A stretch of DNA of 24,000 nucleotides from Selenomonadales bacterium (GTDB lineage Bacteria > Bacillota > Negativicutes > Sporomusales > UBA7701): positions 56,883 to 80,882 of the forward strand of contig JARKPR010000089.1 in assembly GCA_029975165.1 (NCBI GenBank), written 5' to 3'. Both the position numbers and the translations under genes were made by a program. A model generated the notes under the pieces. The model had not been told where the DNA came from. It worked only from the letters and a program-made list of their open reading frames with translations, and searched no databases. Below are positions 9,062-18,645 of the stretch, piece after piece (position 1 is the first letter of the stretch; each line of letters opens with the position of its first letter).

Positions 9062-10145
9062 GGCAGAGGACAGCCGCCGGCTGGCGGCGTTTTTCCAGGG
9101 CGAGATCGCCCGCCTGGCAACAAGGCCGGTGCGGCTGATGGAGGTGTGCGGCACCCATACGGTGGCGATCTTCAAGGCCGGTATCCGCCAGCTGCTGCCG
9201 GAAGCGGTCGAGCTGGTGAGCGGCCCGGGCTGCCCGGTGTGCGTCACGCCCAACGGGTACCTGGACACGGCGGTGGCCTACAGCCGGCGCGGCGACGTGA
9301 TCATCGCCACCTTCGGCGATATGCTGCGGGTGCCGGGGTCGTCGTCCAGCCTGGCGGCCGAGCAGGCGCGGGGCGCCGACATCCGCATCGTGTATTCGCC
9401 GCTCGACAGCCTGGCGATCGCCGCCGCCGCGCCGGCGAAGAAGGTGATTTTCCTGGCCGTGGGCTTCGAGACAACGGCGCCGACGGCGGCGGCCACGGTG
9501 CTGGCCGCCGAGCAGGCCGGGCTGGAGAATTTTTACGTGCTGTCGGCCCACAAGCTGGTGCCGCCGGCCCTGCGGGCGCTGCTGACGGCCGGCGGGGCGC
9601 GGGTGGACGGCTTCCTGCTGCCGGGGCACGTGAGCGCGATCATCGGCGAGGCGCCGTACCGCTTCCTGGCGGAGGAGTTCGCCGTGCCGGGCGTGATCGC
9701 CGGCTTCGAGCCGCTCGACGTGCTGCAGGCGGTGTATCTGCTGGTCAAGCAGATCGCGGCCGGCGAGGCAACGCTCGCCAACCAGTACCGGCGGGTGGTG
9801 CCGCCGGACGGCAACCCGGCCGCGCGCGCGGTGCTGGACAAGGTTTACGAGGAAGCCGACGCCGCCTGGCGGGGTATCGGCGTCATCCCGGCGTCCGGCC
9901 TGGCGGTGCGCGATGCCTACCGCCGCTTCGACGCCCCGGCCGCGCTGCCCGTGGAAGCGGAGGAGACGCGCGACCACCCCGGCTGTCGCTGCGGCGGGGT
10001 GCTGCGCGGCGAGGTCCGGCCGGCCGAGTGCCCGCTGTTCGGCAAGGCGTGCACGCCCGAGCGGCCGGTGGGGTCGTGCATGGTGTCGGTGGAGGGCACG
10101 TGCGCGGCCTGGTACAAGTACGGCGCAGGGAGGTGGCAGGCATGA
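9051..10145 (+). CDS. hypD: Hydrogenase maturation Fe-S protein HypD
   Basis: Motifs MEVCGTHT, GPGCPVCVTP and GFETTAP. ATG 9051 overlaps the hypC end (ATGAGGAGTAA) and has GAGGAG 10 nt upstream. The alternative TTG 9033 is less likely. Confidence 0.9.
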   Translation: MRSKAEDSRRLAAFFQGEIARLATRPVRLMEVCGTHTVAIFKAGIRQLLPEAVELVSGPGCPVCVTPNGYLDTAVAYSRRGDVIIATFGDMLRVPGSSSSLAAEQARGADIRIVYSPLDSLAIAAAAPAKKVIFLAVGFETTAPTAAATVLAAEQAGLENFYVLSAHKLVPPALRALLTAGGARVDGFLLPGHVSAIIGEAPYRFLAEEFAVPGVIAGFEPLDVLQAVYLLVKQIAAGEATLANQYRRVVPPDGNPAARAVLDKVYEEADAAWRGIGVIPASGLAVRDAYRRFDAPAALPVEAEETRDHPGCRCGGVLRGEVRPAECPLFGKACTPERPVGSCMVSVEGTCAAWYKYGAGRWQA

Positions 10146-11152
10146 GGGACGAGCGCATTCTGCTGGCCCACGGCAGCGGCGGCAAGCTCAGCCACGAGCT
10201 GGTGGCGCAGGTGATGCTGCCGGCGTTCGCCAACCCGGCCCTGGACGTGCTGCACGACGGGGCGCGGGTGGAGGCGGGCGGGGCCAAGCTGGCGTTCACG
10301 ACCGATTCATACGTGGTCAAGCCGCTCTTCTTCGCCGGCGGCGACATCGGCAAGCTGGCGGTGTGCGGCACGGTCAACGATCTGGCGGTCAGCGGCGCGG
10401 TGCCGCTGTACCTCAGCGCCGGCTTCATCATCGAGGAGGGCTTCCCGGTCGCCGACCTGCGGAGGATCGTCGCGTCGATGCGGGCGGCGGCGGCCGAGGC
10501 GGCGGTGGCGATCGTCACCGGCGACACCAAGGTGGTGGAGAAGGGGGCGGTCGACGGCATATATATAAATACGGCCGGCATCGGCGCCGTGATGGCGGGC
10601 ACGGATATTTCGCCGCTGAACGCGCGGCCGGGGCAGGACGTCATCCTGAGCGGCCCGGTGGGCGACCACGCGGTGGCCGTGATGGCCGGGCGCCACGGCC
10701 TTGAGCTGCCGGCGACGGTGGCGAGCGACTGCGCGCCGCTGGGCGGGATGCTCAAGGCGGTGCTGACGGCGGTGCCGTCGGTGGCGGTGCTGCGCGATCC
10801 CACCCGCGGCGGGCTGGCGACGACGCTGAACGAGATCGCCGTGCAGGCCAACGTGGGGATAATGGTGGACGAGGCCGCCATTCCCGTACGTCCCGAGGTG
10901 CGGGCGGTGTGCGATATCCTTGGTTTTGATCCACTTTATCTCGCCAATGAAGGGAAAGTCATTATTTTTGTCGAATCACTACATAGTGAAAAAGTTATAG
11001 CCGTGCTGCGCAGCCATCCTTACGGCCGCGAGGCGCGTGTCATCGGCCGGGTGGCCGCTGCCCCGGCCGGCCAGGTGGGCCTGCGGACGGGCATCGGCGG
11101 CGTGCGCCTGCTCGATATGCTGGTCGGCGACCAGCTGCCGCGGATTTGTTAA
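10142..11152 (+). CDS. hypE: Hydrogenase maturation carbamoyl dehydratase HypE
   Basis: Starts MRDERILLAHGSGG at an ATGA overlap with the hypD stop. AIR-synthase-like sequence. Ends with the canonical PRIC C-terminus. The track ORF from 9146 is the same frame running open back into hypD. Confidence 0.9.
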   Translation: MRDERILLAHGSGGKLSHELVAQVMLPAFANPALDVLHDGARVEAGGAKLAFTTDSYVVKPLFFAGGDIGKLAVCGTVNDLAVSGAVPLYLSAGFIIEEGFPVADLRRIVASMRAAAAEAAVAIVTGDTKVVEKGAVDGIYINTAGIGAVMAGTDISPLNARPGQDVILSGPVGDHAVAVMAGRHGLELPATVASDCAPLGGMLKAVLTAVPSVAVLRDPTRGGLATTLNEIAVQANVGIMVDEAAIPVRPEVRAVCDILGFDPLYLANEGKVIIFVESLHSEKVIAVLRSHPYGREARVIGRVAAAPAGQVGLRTGIGGVRLLDMLVGDQLPRIC

Positions 11153-11273
11153 CATATCCGGGACAGGTTTGTCATAGATATTCATTGAAAGATTCGGTGA
11201 TTAGAGAGATTTAGCGATCGGTCGGCCTTTTTTTGTCTGTAAGGATTGTTTGGGGAGAGGAGGGGTAGCGGCG

Positions 11274-12641
11274 ATGCGCATGGACTACGGCCTGAAGCTC
11301 GAACTGAACCAAAAACTTGTTATGACGCCCCAACTGCGCCAGGCGATCGCCATCCTGCAGCTTTCCTCGCTGGAACTGTCGGCCATGGTGGAACAGGAAC
11401 TCTTGGAGAACCCCGTCCTCGAAGCGGAGGAGAAGGTGGCCGCCGAACCTGCGGAGGAGAGCGACGAGCGGCTGCGGGAGTATTTCGACTGGGCCGACTA
11501 TTTCGACGACGGCACCGATACCGGCTTCGCGCCGCAGCGCGATGACAAGCCGTCCTTCACGACGTTCGTCTCCGCGGTTGCCACCCTCCACGAGCACCTG
11601 GAGTTCCAGCTCCAGCTCACCGTGCTCGACGCGGCCGCCCGCGCCGTGGGCCAGTACATCATCGGCTGCATCGACGAGAACGGCTACCTTACCGGCACGA
11701 CGGCGGAGGCGGCCGCCAACCTCGGCGTGCCCGAGGAGACGGTGGGCAACGTCCTCAAGGTCATCCAGACCTTCGACCCGCCGGGGGTGGGGGCGCGCGA
11801 CCTGCGGGAATGCCTGTTGATCCAGGCCGAGCAGCGCGGTTCCGTCGACCCGCTGGTGCTGGCCGTCATCGACCGGTTCCTCGACGAGGTCGGGGCCGGC
11901 CACTTCAAGCATATCGCCGACAAGCTGGGCTGCACCCCCCACGACGTGCAGCGGGCGGTCGACTTCATCCGCACGCTCGACCCCAAGCCGGGACGGGCGT
12001 TCGACGGCGGCGAACAGCCGTGCTACATCATCCCCGACGTGACCATCGAGCGGGTGGCCGGCAACTACATCATCATAATCAACGATTACAACGTCCCCCA
12101 TCTGACGATCAATCCGTACTACCGCCGCGTGGTGCGCGACGCCGACAACGAGGCCAGGAAGTTCGTGGAGGGGCGGATCAACGCCGCCGTCTGGCTCATC
12201 AAGAGCATCGAGCAGCGCCGCCGCACCTTGTACAACGTGGTGGAGACGATCATCGACCTGCAGCGCGACTTCTTCGACCACGGGCCCAGGTTCCTGCGGC
12301 CGCTGACGATGAAAAGGGTGGCCGACAAGGTGGGCGTGCACGAGTCGACGGTCAGCCGGGCGATCGCCAATAAATACGCCGACACCCCCCACGGGCTGTT
12401 CAACCTGCGGGCGTTCTTCTCGGCCGGACTGCAGGGCGCGGACGGGGAGACGCATTCGGCGTCGACGGTCAAGCGGCAGATCAAGGATTTGGTGGCCGGC
12501 GAGGATCCTTCCCAGCCGCTGAGCGACCAGGCCATCACCGAGATCCTCATCGCCCGGGGCGTCGCCGTGTCGCGGCGCACGGTGGCCAAGTACCGCGAGG
12601 AGCTGGGGATCCAGAGCTCCAGCAAGCGAAGGAGATATTAG
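11274..12641 (+). CDS. rpoN: RNA polymerase sigma-54 factor
   Basis: Region I (LKLELNQKLVMTPQLRQAIAILQLSSLEL). C-terminal RpoN box (SRRTVAKYREELGI). The purine-rich SD GAGAGGAGGGG precedes ATG 11274. Confidence 0.9.
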   Translation: MRMDYGLKLELNQKLVMTPQLRQAIAILQLSSLELSAMVEQELLENPVLEAEEKVAAEPAEESDERLREYFDWADYFDDGTDTGFAPQRDDKPSFTTFVSAVATLHEHLEFQLQLTVLDAAARAVGQYIIGCIDENGYLTGTTAEAAANLGVPEETVGNVLKVIQTFDPPGVGARDLRECLLIQAEQRGSVDPLVLAVIDRFLDEVGAGHFKHIADKLGCTPHDVQRAVDFIRTLDPKPGRAFDGGEQPCYIIPDVTIERVAGNYIIIINDYNVPHLTINPYYRRVVRDADNEARKFVEGRINAAVWLIKSIEQRRRTLYNVVETIIDLQRDFFDHGPRFLRPLTMKRVADKVGVHESTVSRAIANKYADTPHGLFNLRAFFSAGLQGADGETHSASTVKRQIKDLVAGEDPSQPLSDQAITEILIARGVAVSRRTVAKYREELGIQSSSKRRRY

Positions 12642-12652
12642 CGGCGAGAATA

Positions 12653-12683
12653 AAACCGGGCATTATGCCCGGTTTGTTTTTTT
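12653..12683 (+). terminator. Rho-independent terminator after rpoN
   Basis: AAACCGGGC, loop ATTAT, GCCCGGTTT (9-bp stem), followed by GTTTTTTT. Confidence 0.85.
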
Positions 12684-12692
12684 GCGATTGCA

Positions 12693-12723
12693 TTGACGCT
12701 ATACCGTCCGGACGGTATATAAT
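12693..12723 (+). promoter_or_regulatory. Promoter with embedded 18-bp perfect palindrome (candidate TetR operator)
   Basis: -35 TTGACG (12693-12698). ATACCGTCCGGACGGTAT (12701-12718) is a perfect inverted repeat. -10 is TATATA/TATAAT (12716-12723). GGAGG and GTG 12756 lie downstream. Confidence 0.6.
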
Positions 12724-12755
12724 ATGAAGGAAAAAAGGTTTCGGAGGTAAGGCCT

Positions 12756-13316
12756 GTGCAAGCTAAAGGTCACCGTGGAGCAACCGGTACGAAGCGAAGG
12801 ATACTGCGGGCCGCCGCGCACATTGTCAATACGGCCGGCGTGCTGGCGCTGACGCTGGAAGCGGTCGCGAAGGAGGCGGGGATAAGCAAGGGTGGGTTGC
12901 TGTACCACTATGCCGGCAAAGAGGCTTTGCTGACAGGCATGCACGATTATGTAATGCAAGGTTTCATCGGCGGCGTGGAAAGCGCCGCCGCCGCCGATCC
13001 CTGTGAAAAGGGAAGATGGACGAGGGCTTATGCGACAACGACGTTCGCCCAGCTGGCCGGGGAATTCGATCTGAACGTCGCTGTTCTGGCCGCTGTCGCA
13101 ACCAATCCCGCGCTGTTGAAGTCTGCCGCCGGGCATTTAAAAGAGCTGCAAGCCCGTATCGGGAACGACCGGCTCGACCCGGCCGTGTCGGCCGTCGTCA
13201 GACTGGCGGCCGACGGAATGTACTTCAATGAGTTGTACGGGATGAGCTTGGAGGAAGACAGTCGGGAAAAGGTCCTGAACGGCCTGATTTCTTTGACCAG
13301 GAGGGATTCCCTGTGA
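12756..13316 (+). CDS. TetR/AcrR family transcriptional regulator
   Basis: 186 aa. N-terminal HTH (LTLEAVAKEAGISKGGLLYHYAGKEALL). GGAGG 8 nt upstream of the GTG start. Confidence 0.85.
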   Translation: MQAKGHRGATGTKRRILRAAAHIVNTAGVLALTLEAVAKEAGISKGGLLYHYAGKEALLTGMHDYVMQGFIGGVESAAAADPCEKGRWTRAYATTTFAQLAGEFDLNVAVLAAVATNPALLKSAAGHLKELQARIGNDRLDPAVSAVVRLAADGMYFNELYGMSLEEDSREKVLNGLISLTRRDSL

Positions 13317-13639
13317 ACGGGTATGTTTTTCTGGGCATAGCAATTGCCTGCGAAGTGTTTGCCACGTCGATGCTTAAAGCCTCGGCGGGTTTTTCCAAGC
13401 TCCTGCCCAGCCTGGCGTTTATTGCCGGGATGAGCGCCTCGTTTTATACGGTGGCTCAAGCCATGACTACCATTCCCCTGAATGTGGCCTATGCCGTCTG
13501 GGCGGGCTTGGGGACGGTGCTGACGGCGCTGGTCGCCATCCTTGTCTGGAAAGAGACGTTCACCATATACAGCGCCGTGGGGATAGCTCTCATCGTCGGC
13601 GGCGTGGTAGTGCTCAATCTGAAAGGGCCGGGGCATTAA
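13313..13639 (+). CDS. SMR family (EmrE/QacE-like) small multidrug efflux transporter
   Basis: 108 aa with four hydrophobic segments. Conserved membrane glutamate in IACEVFATSMLKAS. GTG start overlaps the TetR stop (GTGA), with GGAGGG 7 nt upstream. Confidence 0.85.
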   Translation: MNGYVFLGIAIACEVFATSMLKASAGFSKLLPSLAFIAGMSASFYTVAQAMTTIPLNVAYAVWAGLGTVLTALVAILVWKETFTIYSAVGIALIVGGVVVLNLKGPGH

Positions 13640-13793
13640 ACCCGGTCGGCGGTTGCTGGTGCGCCGTTTTTCCCTGCGCGTGAAAATTATCGGCCTGCCG
13701 TTGCCGCCAATGGGGCAGGACTTTTTTCGTGTTTCGGGGAAAAAGGGTAAAACACGCTGTACCATAATTAGCACTAACAGAAAGGATGCCCGC

Positions 13794-14972
13794 ATGACTG
13801 ACGACCTCCGCCGGCTGGCGGCTGCGAACCGGGATTACGTAGTCGCCCTGCGCCGGCACTTCCACACCTACCCGGAGCTGTCCACGAAGGAATTCAAGAC
13901 CCAGGAAAGAATCGTCGCCGAGCTGGCCGCGCTGGGCCTCGCGCCGCTGAAGGCCGCGGGCACGGGCGTCGTCGCCGACATAAAAGGGGCGCGCCCCGGC
14001 CGCACGGTGGCCGTGCGGGCCGACATGGACGCCCTGCCCATCGCGGACGAGTGCCGCCGGCCGTACCAGTCGCAGAACCCCGGCGTCTGCCACGCCTGCG
14101 GCCACGACGGCCATATGGCGATGCTGCTCGGCCTGGCCAGGGTGCTGCTCCCCCTGCGGACCGGGCTGGCCGGCACGGTGCGCCTCATCTTCCAGCCCAA
14201 CGAGGAAATGCCTCCCGGCAGCGCGATCGCGCTGATCGAAGAGGGGTTTCTCGACGGGGTGGACGCGATTATCGGCGCCCATCTGTGGCAGCCGCTGCCG
14301 GTCGGGCAACTGGGCCTCTCCTTCGGGCGCATGATGGCCCAGCCCGGCGCCTTCGCAATCGTCATCCGCGGCAAAGGCGCCCACGGCTCGTCGCCGCACG
14401 TCGCCGTCGACCCCATCCTCGTCGGCTCCCAGGTCGTCCAGGGGCTGCATACCATCGTCAGCCGCAGCATCGACCCCCTTGAGCCGGTCGTCGTCTCCGT
14501 CGGCGTGTTCCAGGCGGGCAGCGTATACAACGTCATCCCCGAAACCGCCAGGCTCGAAGGCACCATCCGCGTTTTCGACGAGGAGACGCTCGCGGCCGTC
14601 CACCGCCGGATCGAACAGATCGTCAAGGGCGTCTGCGCGGCCAACGGCGCCGAATACCAGTTCTCCACCGCCCCGAGCTGCCCGCCGCTCGTCAACGACG
14701 CGGCGGTCGTCCGGCGGGTCTGGCGGGCCGGGGCGGCGGTCCTCGGCGAAGCCGGGGTGAGCGAGGTGAAACCGGTGCTGGGCGGCGAGGATTTCTCCTA
14801 TTTCCTGAAGAAGATCCCCGGCGCGTTCATGTTCGTCGGCGCCGGCAACGCGGCCAAGGGCATCGTCCACCCCCACCACCATCCCGGCTTCGATATCGAC
14901 GAGGACGCCCTGACGTACGGCGTCGAGATATTGGCCCGCAGCGCCGTCGACTTGCTGGCGGCGGAGCTTTGA
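13794..14972 (+). CDS. M20D family amidohydrolase (N-acyl-L-amino acid amidohydrolase / hippurate hydrolase-like), paralogue 1
   Basis: Starts MTDDLRRLAAANRDYVVALRRHFHTYPELS. Motifs RADMDALP, HACGHDGH and GGEDFSYF. The track start 13653 adds an implausible leader. Confidence 0.85.
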   Translation: MTDDLRRLAAANRDYVVALRRHFHTYPELSTKEFKTQERIVAELAALGLAPLKAAGTGVVADIKGARPGRTVAVRADMDALPIADECRRPYQSQNPGVCHACGHDGHMAMLLGLARVLLPLRTGLAGTVRLIFQPNEEMPPGSAIALIEEGFLDGVDAIIGAHLWQPLPVGQLGLSFGRMMAQPGAFAIVIRGKGAHGSSPHVAVDPILVGSQVVQGLHTIVSRSIDPLEPVVVSVGVFQAGSVYNVIPETARLEGTIRVFDEETLAAVHRRIEQIVKGVCAANGAEYQFSTAPSCPPLVNDAAVVRRVWRAGAAVLGEAGVSEVKPVLGGEDFSYFLKKIPGAFMFVGAGNAAKGIVHPHHHPGFDIDEDALTYGVEILARSAVDLLAAEL

Positions 14973-14989
14973 ACAGGGTACACGGAAGC

Positions 14990-15024
14990 GGCCGGACCGC
15001 GCTTTCGCGGCGCGGCCTTTTTTT
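14990..15024 (+). terminator. Rho-independent terminator after the first amidohydrolase, stem imperfect
   Basis: GGCCGGACCGCG, loop CTTT, CGCGGCGCGGCC, with an internal mismatch, followed by TTTTTTT (15018-15024). Confidence 0.6.
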
Positions 15025-15057
15025 GCCGCGAAAACAAAATATGAGGAGTTGAAGAAA

Positions 15058-16248
15058 GTGACTGCATTGGATGAAGCCCAAGCAATCAGCGCCGAAATAA
15101 CCGCCTGGCGGCGGGAACTGCACAAGATTCCCGAGATCGGCCTGGTTTTGCCGCAAACGGCGGCGTTCGTCAAGGCGCGCCTGGCGGAAATGGATATTCC
15201 CTATACGACGTTCGCCAGGCATTCCGGGATTGTGGCCCTGCTCGGCAAGACAGCCGGGAAAACCATCGCCCTGCGCGCCGACATGGACGGGCTGAGGATC
15301 AACGAGGAGTCGGCATTCGATTATCGCTCGCAGAACGCCAACATGCACGCCTGCGGCCACGACGCCCATACGGCGATTTTGCTGGGCGCCGCCAAGCTGT
15401 TGAAAAGACATGAGCACGAGCTGAAGGGCCAGGTGAAATTGCTGTTCCAGCCGGCGGAGGAGGGGCCGGGCGGCGCGCTGCCCATGATCGAGGACGGGGT
15501 TTTGGAAAATCCCCGCGTCGACGCCATCCTCGCCCTCCATATGGACCGCAGGCTGTATGCCGCCCCCTGCAAAAACGGCGATGTCATCGTCAAATACGGC
15601 AACAGTTCGGCTGCCGACGATCAGGTCTACATCACGATCAGCGGCAAAAGCGGCCACGGCTCCGAGCCGCACCGCTGCGTCGACCCGATCGCGATCGCCT
15701 CGCTGGTGGTGAGCGCCATCCAGATGATCGTCAGCCGGGAAATCAGCCCGTTCACCCCTTGCGTGATTTCCTTCGGCACGATAACCGGCGGGCAGGGGGC
15801 GGAGAATATCATCCCCAACACGGTCGTGCTGCACGGCACCATCCGCAATCAGGACCTGGCGACAAGGGACTTCGTCTTCAAGCGGATCGAGGAGATTGTC
15901 AGATACATCGCCAAGGCGATGCGCGCCGACTGCGACGTGACCTTTTTGAACGGCTACCCGCCGACCAAAAACGACCAAGCCGTGGTCGACGCTTTCCTGG
16001 CCTCGGCCCTCAAGATTCTTCCCCCCGGGGATATCCACGTCAGCGGGGAAGACAGCATGGGCGGCGAGGACGCCGGCTATTTCTTCCAGAAGGTGCCGGG
16101 GTGTTTTTTCCGGCTGTACGGCGCGGCGCCGTTCGCCGACGGCGAAGTGTATCCGGCGCACAGCTCGCGCTTCGTGCTCGACGATGCGGTTCTTTACCGC
16201 GGGACGGCGCTTTTCGTGCAAAATGTTTTTGACCATTTAATGCGATAG
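15058..16248 (+). CDS. M20D family amidohydrolase, paralogue 2
   Basis: Motifs WRRELHKIPE, RADMDGL, HACGHDAH and GGEDAGYF. GTG 15058 lies 9 nt after GGAG. The track start TTG 15049 directly abuts the SD, so 15058 is preferred. Confidence 0.85.
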   Translation: MTALDEAQAISAEITAWRRELHKIPEIGLVLPQTAAFVKARLAEMDIPYTTFARHSGIVALLGKTAGKTIALRADMDGLRINEESAFDYRSQNANMHACGHDAHTAILLGAAKLLKRHEHELKGQVKLLFQPAEEGPGGALPMIEDGVLENPRVDAILALHMDRRLYAAPCKNGDVIVKYGNSSAADDQVYITISGKSGHGSEPHRCVDPIAIASLVVSAIQMIVSREISPFTPCVISFGTITGGQGAENIIPNTVVLHGTIRNQDLATRDFVFKRIEEIVRYIAKAMRADCDVTFLNGYPPTKNDQAVVDAFLASALKILPPGDIHVSGEDSMGGEDAGYFFQKVPGCFFRLYGAAPFADGEVYPAHSSRFVLDDAVLYRGTALFVQNVFDHLMR

Positions 16249-16294
16249 TATGGTAAAGTATATATATAACTTTCCACAAAGGAGTCGTTAACAC

Positions 16295-17161
16295 ATGAAC
16301 AGGAAAAAACTGTGGCCCGCCATCCTCGCAGTCGCGCTGGCAATCCTCACGGCCTTCGCCGTTGCCGGCTGCTCGTCTAAGGAGGAGAAGAAACCGGCCG
16401 CCGGCCAGCCCGCCGCCGAGGACAGCCTCGCCAAAATCAAGGCGAAGGGCAAGCTGGTCGTCGGCATGAACGCCGAATTCGCCCCCTTCGAATTCCATAC
16501 CATGATTGACGGCAAAGACACGATCGCCGGCTTCGATATGGACCTGGCGAAGGAAATAGCCAAGGACATGGGCGTGCAGCTCGAGGTCAAGGAACTGGCT
16601 TTCGACGCCCTGCTGGCCACCATGCAGTCGGGGCAGGTCGACGCCATCATCTCCGGCATGTCGGCGACGGAAGAGCGGCGCAAGTCGGTGGACTTTTCCG
16701 AGGTATATTACCAGGGCATCCAGACGCTGCTGACGACCAAGGACAACGTGGGCAAATTCAACAGCTTCAACGACGTGAAAAATTATAAGATCGGCCTGCA
16801 GCTTTCCTCCCTGCAGGACCGGCTGATGACCACCCTGATTCCCGACGGCAAGTTCACCAAGATCGAGAGCATGACCACCCTGCTCCTGTCGCTCAAATCC
16901 AAGCAGATCGACGGCATCGTGACGACGAAGGTCGTCTGCCAGATGGCCATCGCCGCCAATCCGGAATTCGTCATCGCCGAGAAGGTGACGATCGACGATT
17001 CCTCGCTCAACAGCCCGGGCGTGGCGGTCGCCTTCCGCAAAGGCTCGGCTTCCCTGAAGGCCCAGATCGACGGCACCGTAAAACGCCTGAACCAATCGGG
17101 GCAGATGCAGCGCTACGTCGACGACGCCTGCAAGCTGGCCGGGACGGCGCCGAAAAAGTAG
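16295..17161 (+). CDS. Amino-acid ABC transporter substrate-binding lipoprotein
   Basis: Signal peptide with lipobox (LTAFAVAGCSS). Type-3 periplasmic binding protein features (KLVVGMNAEFAPFEF, DAIISGMSATEERRK). AAAGGAG SD. Confidence 0.9.
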   Translation: MNRKKLWPAILAVALAILTAFAVAGCSSKEEKKPAAGQPAAEDSLAKIKAKGKLVVGMNAEFAPFEFHTMIDGKDTIAGFDMDLAKEIAKDMGVQLEVKELAFDALLATMQSGQVDAIISGMSATEERRKSVDFSEVYYQGIQTLLTTKDNVGKFNSFNDVKNYKIGLQLSSLQDRLMTTLIPDGKFTKIESMTTLLLSLKSKQIDGIVTTKVVCQMAIAANPEFVIAEKVTIDDSSLNSPGVAVAFRKGSASLKAQIDGTVKRLNQSGQMQRYVDDACKLAGTAPKK

Positions 17162-17194
17162 CCGCATTTTGTGAACTGAGGCGGGGGAAACATC

Positions 17195-17884
17195 TTGGAT
17201 TTTAGTTTTGCCGGCACATACATGCCGCTGTTTTTCAATGGCATAAAACTGACGCTGATCATTTCCGTGCTTTCGATTATCCTGGGAACGCTCGTCGGGA
17301 TTGTCGTTTACCTGTTCAAAGTCTCGAACCTGTCGCTCGGGAAGGCATACCCGCTGCGCATCGTCGCCAACATCTTCATCGAAATCATGCGCGGCACGCC
17401 GGTGCTGCTGCAGATCCTGGTCGCCTACGTGCTGGTGAGCATGAGCCCGAACTCGTCCGCGCTGCCGAGCAACATGGTGGCGATAATAGCCAGCATCGGC
17501 GCCATCAGCCTCAACGCCAGCGTGTATATCGCCGAAATCATCCGCGCCGGCATCCAGTCGGTGCCGCGGGGGCAGATGGAAGCGGCCCGCAGCCTCGGCA
17601 TGCCGCATTATCTGGCGATGAAGGAAATCATCATGCCCCAGGCGATCAAGAACATCCTGCCGGCGATCGGCAACGAATTCGTCGCCGTGATAAAGGGCTC
17701 GTCGATGGCCTATGTCCTGGGCATCGCCGAGCTGACCTTCACCGCCAAGGTCGTCCAGGGCGCCACCTACAAGGGACTGGAGCCGCTTTTGATCTCGGCC
17801 GTGTTCTATCTGGTCCTGACCTACTCGCTGGGCCGGTTTATCAGCTGGGCGGAAAGGCGGATGAAAGCCAGTGATTCGCATTAA
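17195..17884 (+). CDS. Amino-acid ABC transporter permease
   Basis: 229 aa, polytopic. EAA-type loop ([10 protein letters not shown]). HisM/GlnP-like sequence ([14 protein letters not shown]). TTG start after GGGGGA. Confidence 0.9.
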   Translation: MDFSFAGTYMPLFFNGIKLTLIISVLSIILGTLVGIVVYLFKVSNLSLGKAYPLRIVANIFIEIMRGTPVLLQILVAYVLVSMSPNSSALPSNMVAIIASIGAISLNASVYIAEIIRAGIQSVPRGQMEAARSLGMPHYLAMKEIIMPQAIKNILPAIGNEFVAVIKGSSMAYVLGIAELTFTAKVVQGATYKGLEPLLISAVFYLVLTYSLGRFISWAERRMKASDSH

Positions 17885-18593
17885 CAATCTCCGCAAGGAT
17901 TTCGGCGACAACCGCGTCCTGCGCGGCATCACCAACCGGATAAACAAGGGCGAGGTCGTCGTGGTCATCGGCCCGTCCGGCTCGGGCAAGTCGACCTTCC
18001 TGCGCTGCCTGAACCTGCTGGAGAAGCCGACGGCGGGGGAAATAATCTTCGAGGGCCAAACCATCACCGCCCCCAACGTCGATATCAACAGGGTCCGCAC
18101 CAAAATCGGCATGGTGTTCCAGTCGTTCAACCTTTTCCCCCATAAGACGGCCGTCGAGAACATCATGATTTCGCCGGTAATGGTCAAGAAGCTGCCCAAG
18201 GAAGAGGCGTACGCCAAGGCCGTCGCCCTGCTCAACAGGGTCGGCCTGGCGGAGAAGGAAAACGCCTATCCGTCCTCGCTGTCCGGCGGCCAGCAGCAGC
18301 GGGTCGCCATCGCCCGGGCGCTGGCGATGGAGCCGGACGTGATGCTGTTCGACGAGCCGACCTCGGCCCTGGACCCCGAGATGGTGGGCGAAGTGCTCGC
18401 CGTCATGAAGCAGCTCGCCACCGACGGCATGACCATGGTTATCGTCAGCCACGAAATGGGCTTCGCCCGCGAGGTGGGGGACCGGATCATGTTCATGGAC
18501 GAGGGGCTGATCGTGGAAGAGGGCACCCCCGAGCAGGTGTTCAGCAATCCCCAGAACCCCCGGACGCGCGATTTTCTCTCGAAGGTACTGTAA
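17871..18593 (+). CDS. Amino-acid ABC transporter ATP-binding protein (GlnQ-like)
   Basis: Walker [10 protein letters not shown], signature [15 protein letters not shown], Walker [15 protein letters not shown] start overlaps the permease 3' end. Confidence 0.95.
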   Translation: MIRINNLRKDFGDNRVLRGITNRINKGEVVVVIGPSGSGKSTFLRCLNLLEKPTAGEIIFEGQTITAPNVDINRVRTKIGMVFQSFNLFPHKTAVENIMISPVMVKKLPKEEAYAKAVALLNRVGLAEKENAYPSSLSGGQQQRVAIARALAMEPDVMLFDEPTSALDPEMVGEVLAVMKQLATDGMTMVIVSHEMGFAREVGDRIMFMDEGLIVEEGTPEQVFSNPQNPRTRDFLSKVL

Positions 18594-18607
18594 AAGCGCC
18601 GCGCCAT

Positions 18608-18645
18608 AAAAGCATCGGCAACCGGAAGGTTGCCGATGCTTTTTT
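18608..18645 (+). terminator. Rho-independent terminator after the ABC importer operon
   Basis: AAAAGCATCGGCAACC, loop GGAA, GGTTGCCGATGCTTTT. Long perfect stem followed by a T run. Confidence 0.85.

Noticed and set aside
9146-10141. Upstream part of the 668-aa + strand track ORF 9146-11152
   Set aside because: Only the portion from ATG 10142 (MRDERILLAHGSGG...) is HypE. The upstream part is an out-of-frame read through hypD with Arg/Gly-rich nonsense.
11228-11234. T7 run between hypE and rpoN, considered as a possible terminator
   Set aside because: I could not find a stable stem immediately upstream, only a 3-bp CGA/TCG pairing.
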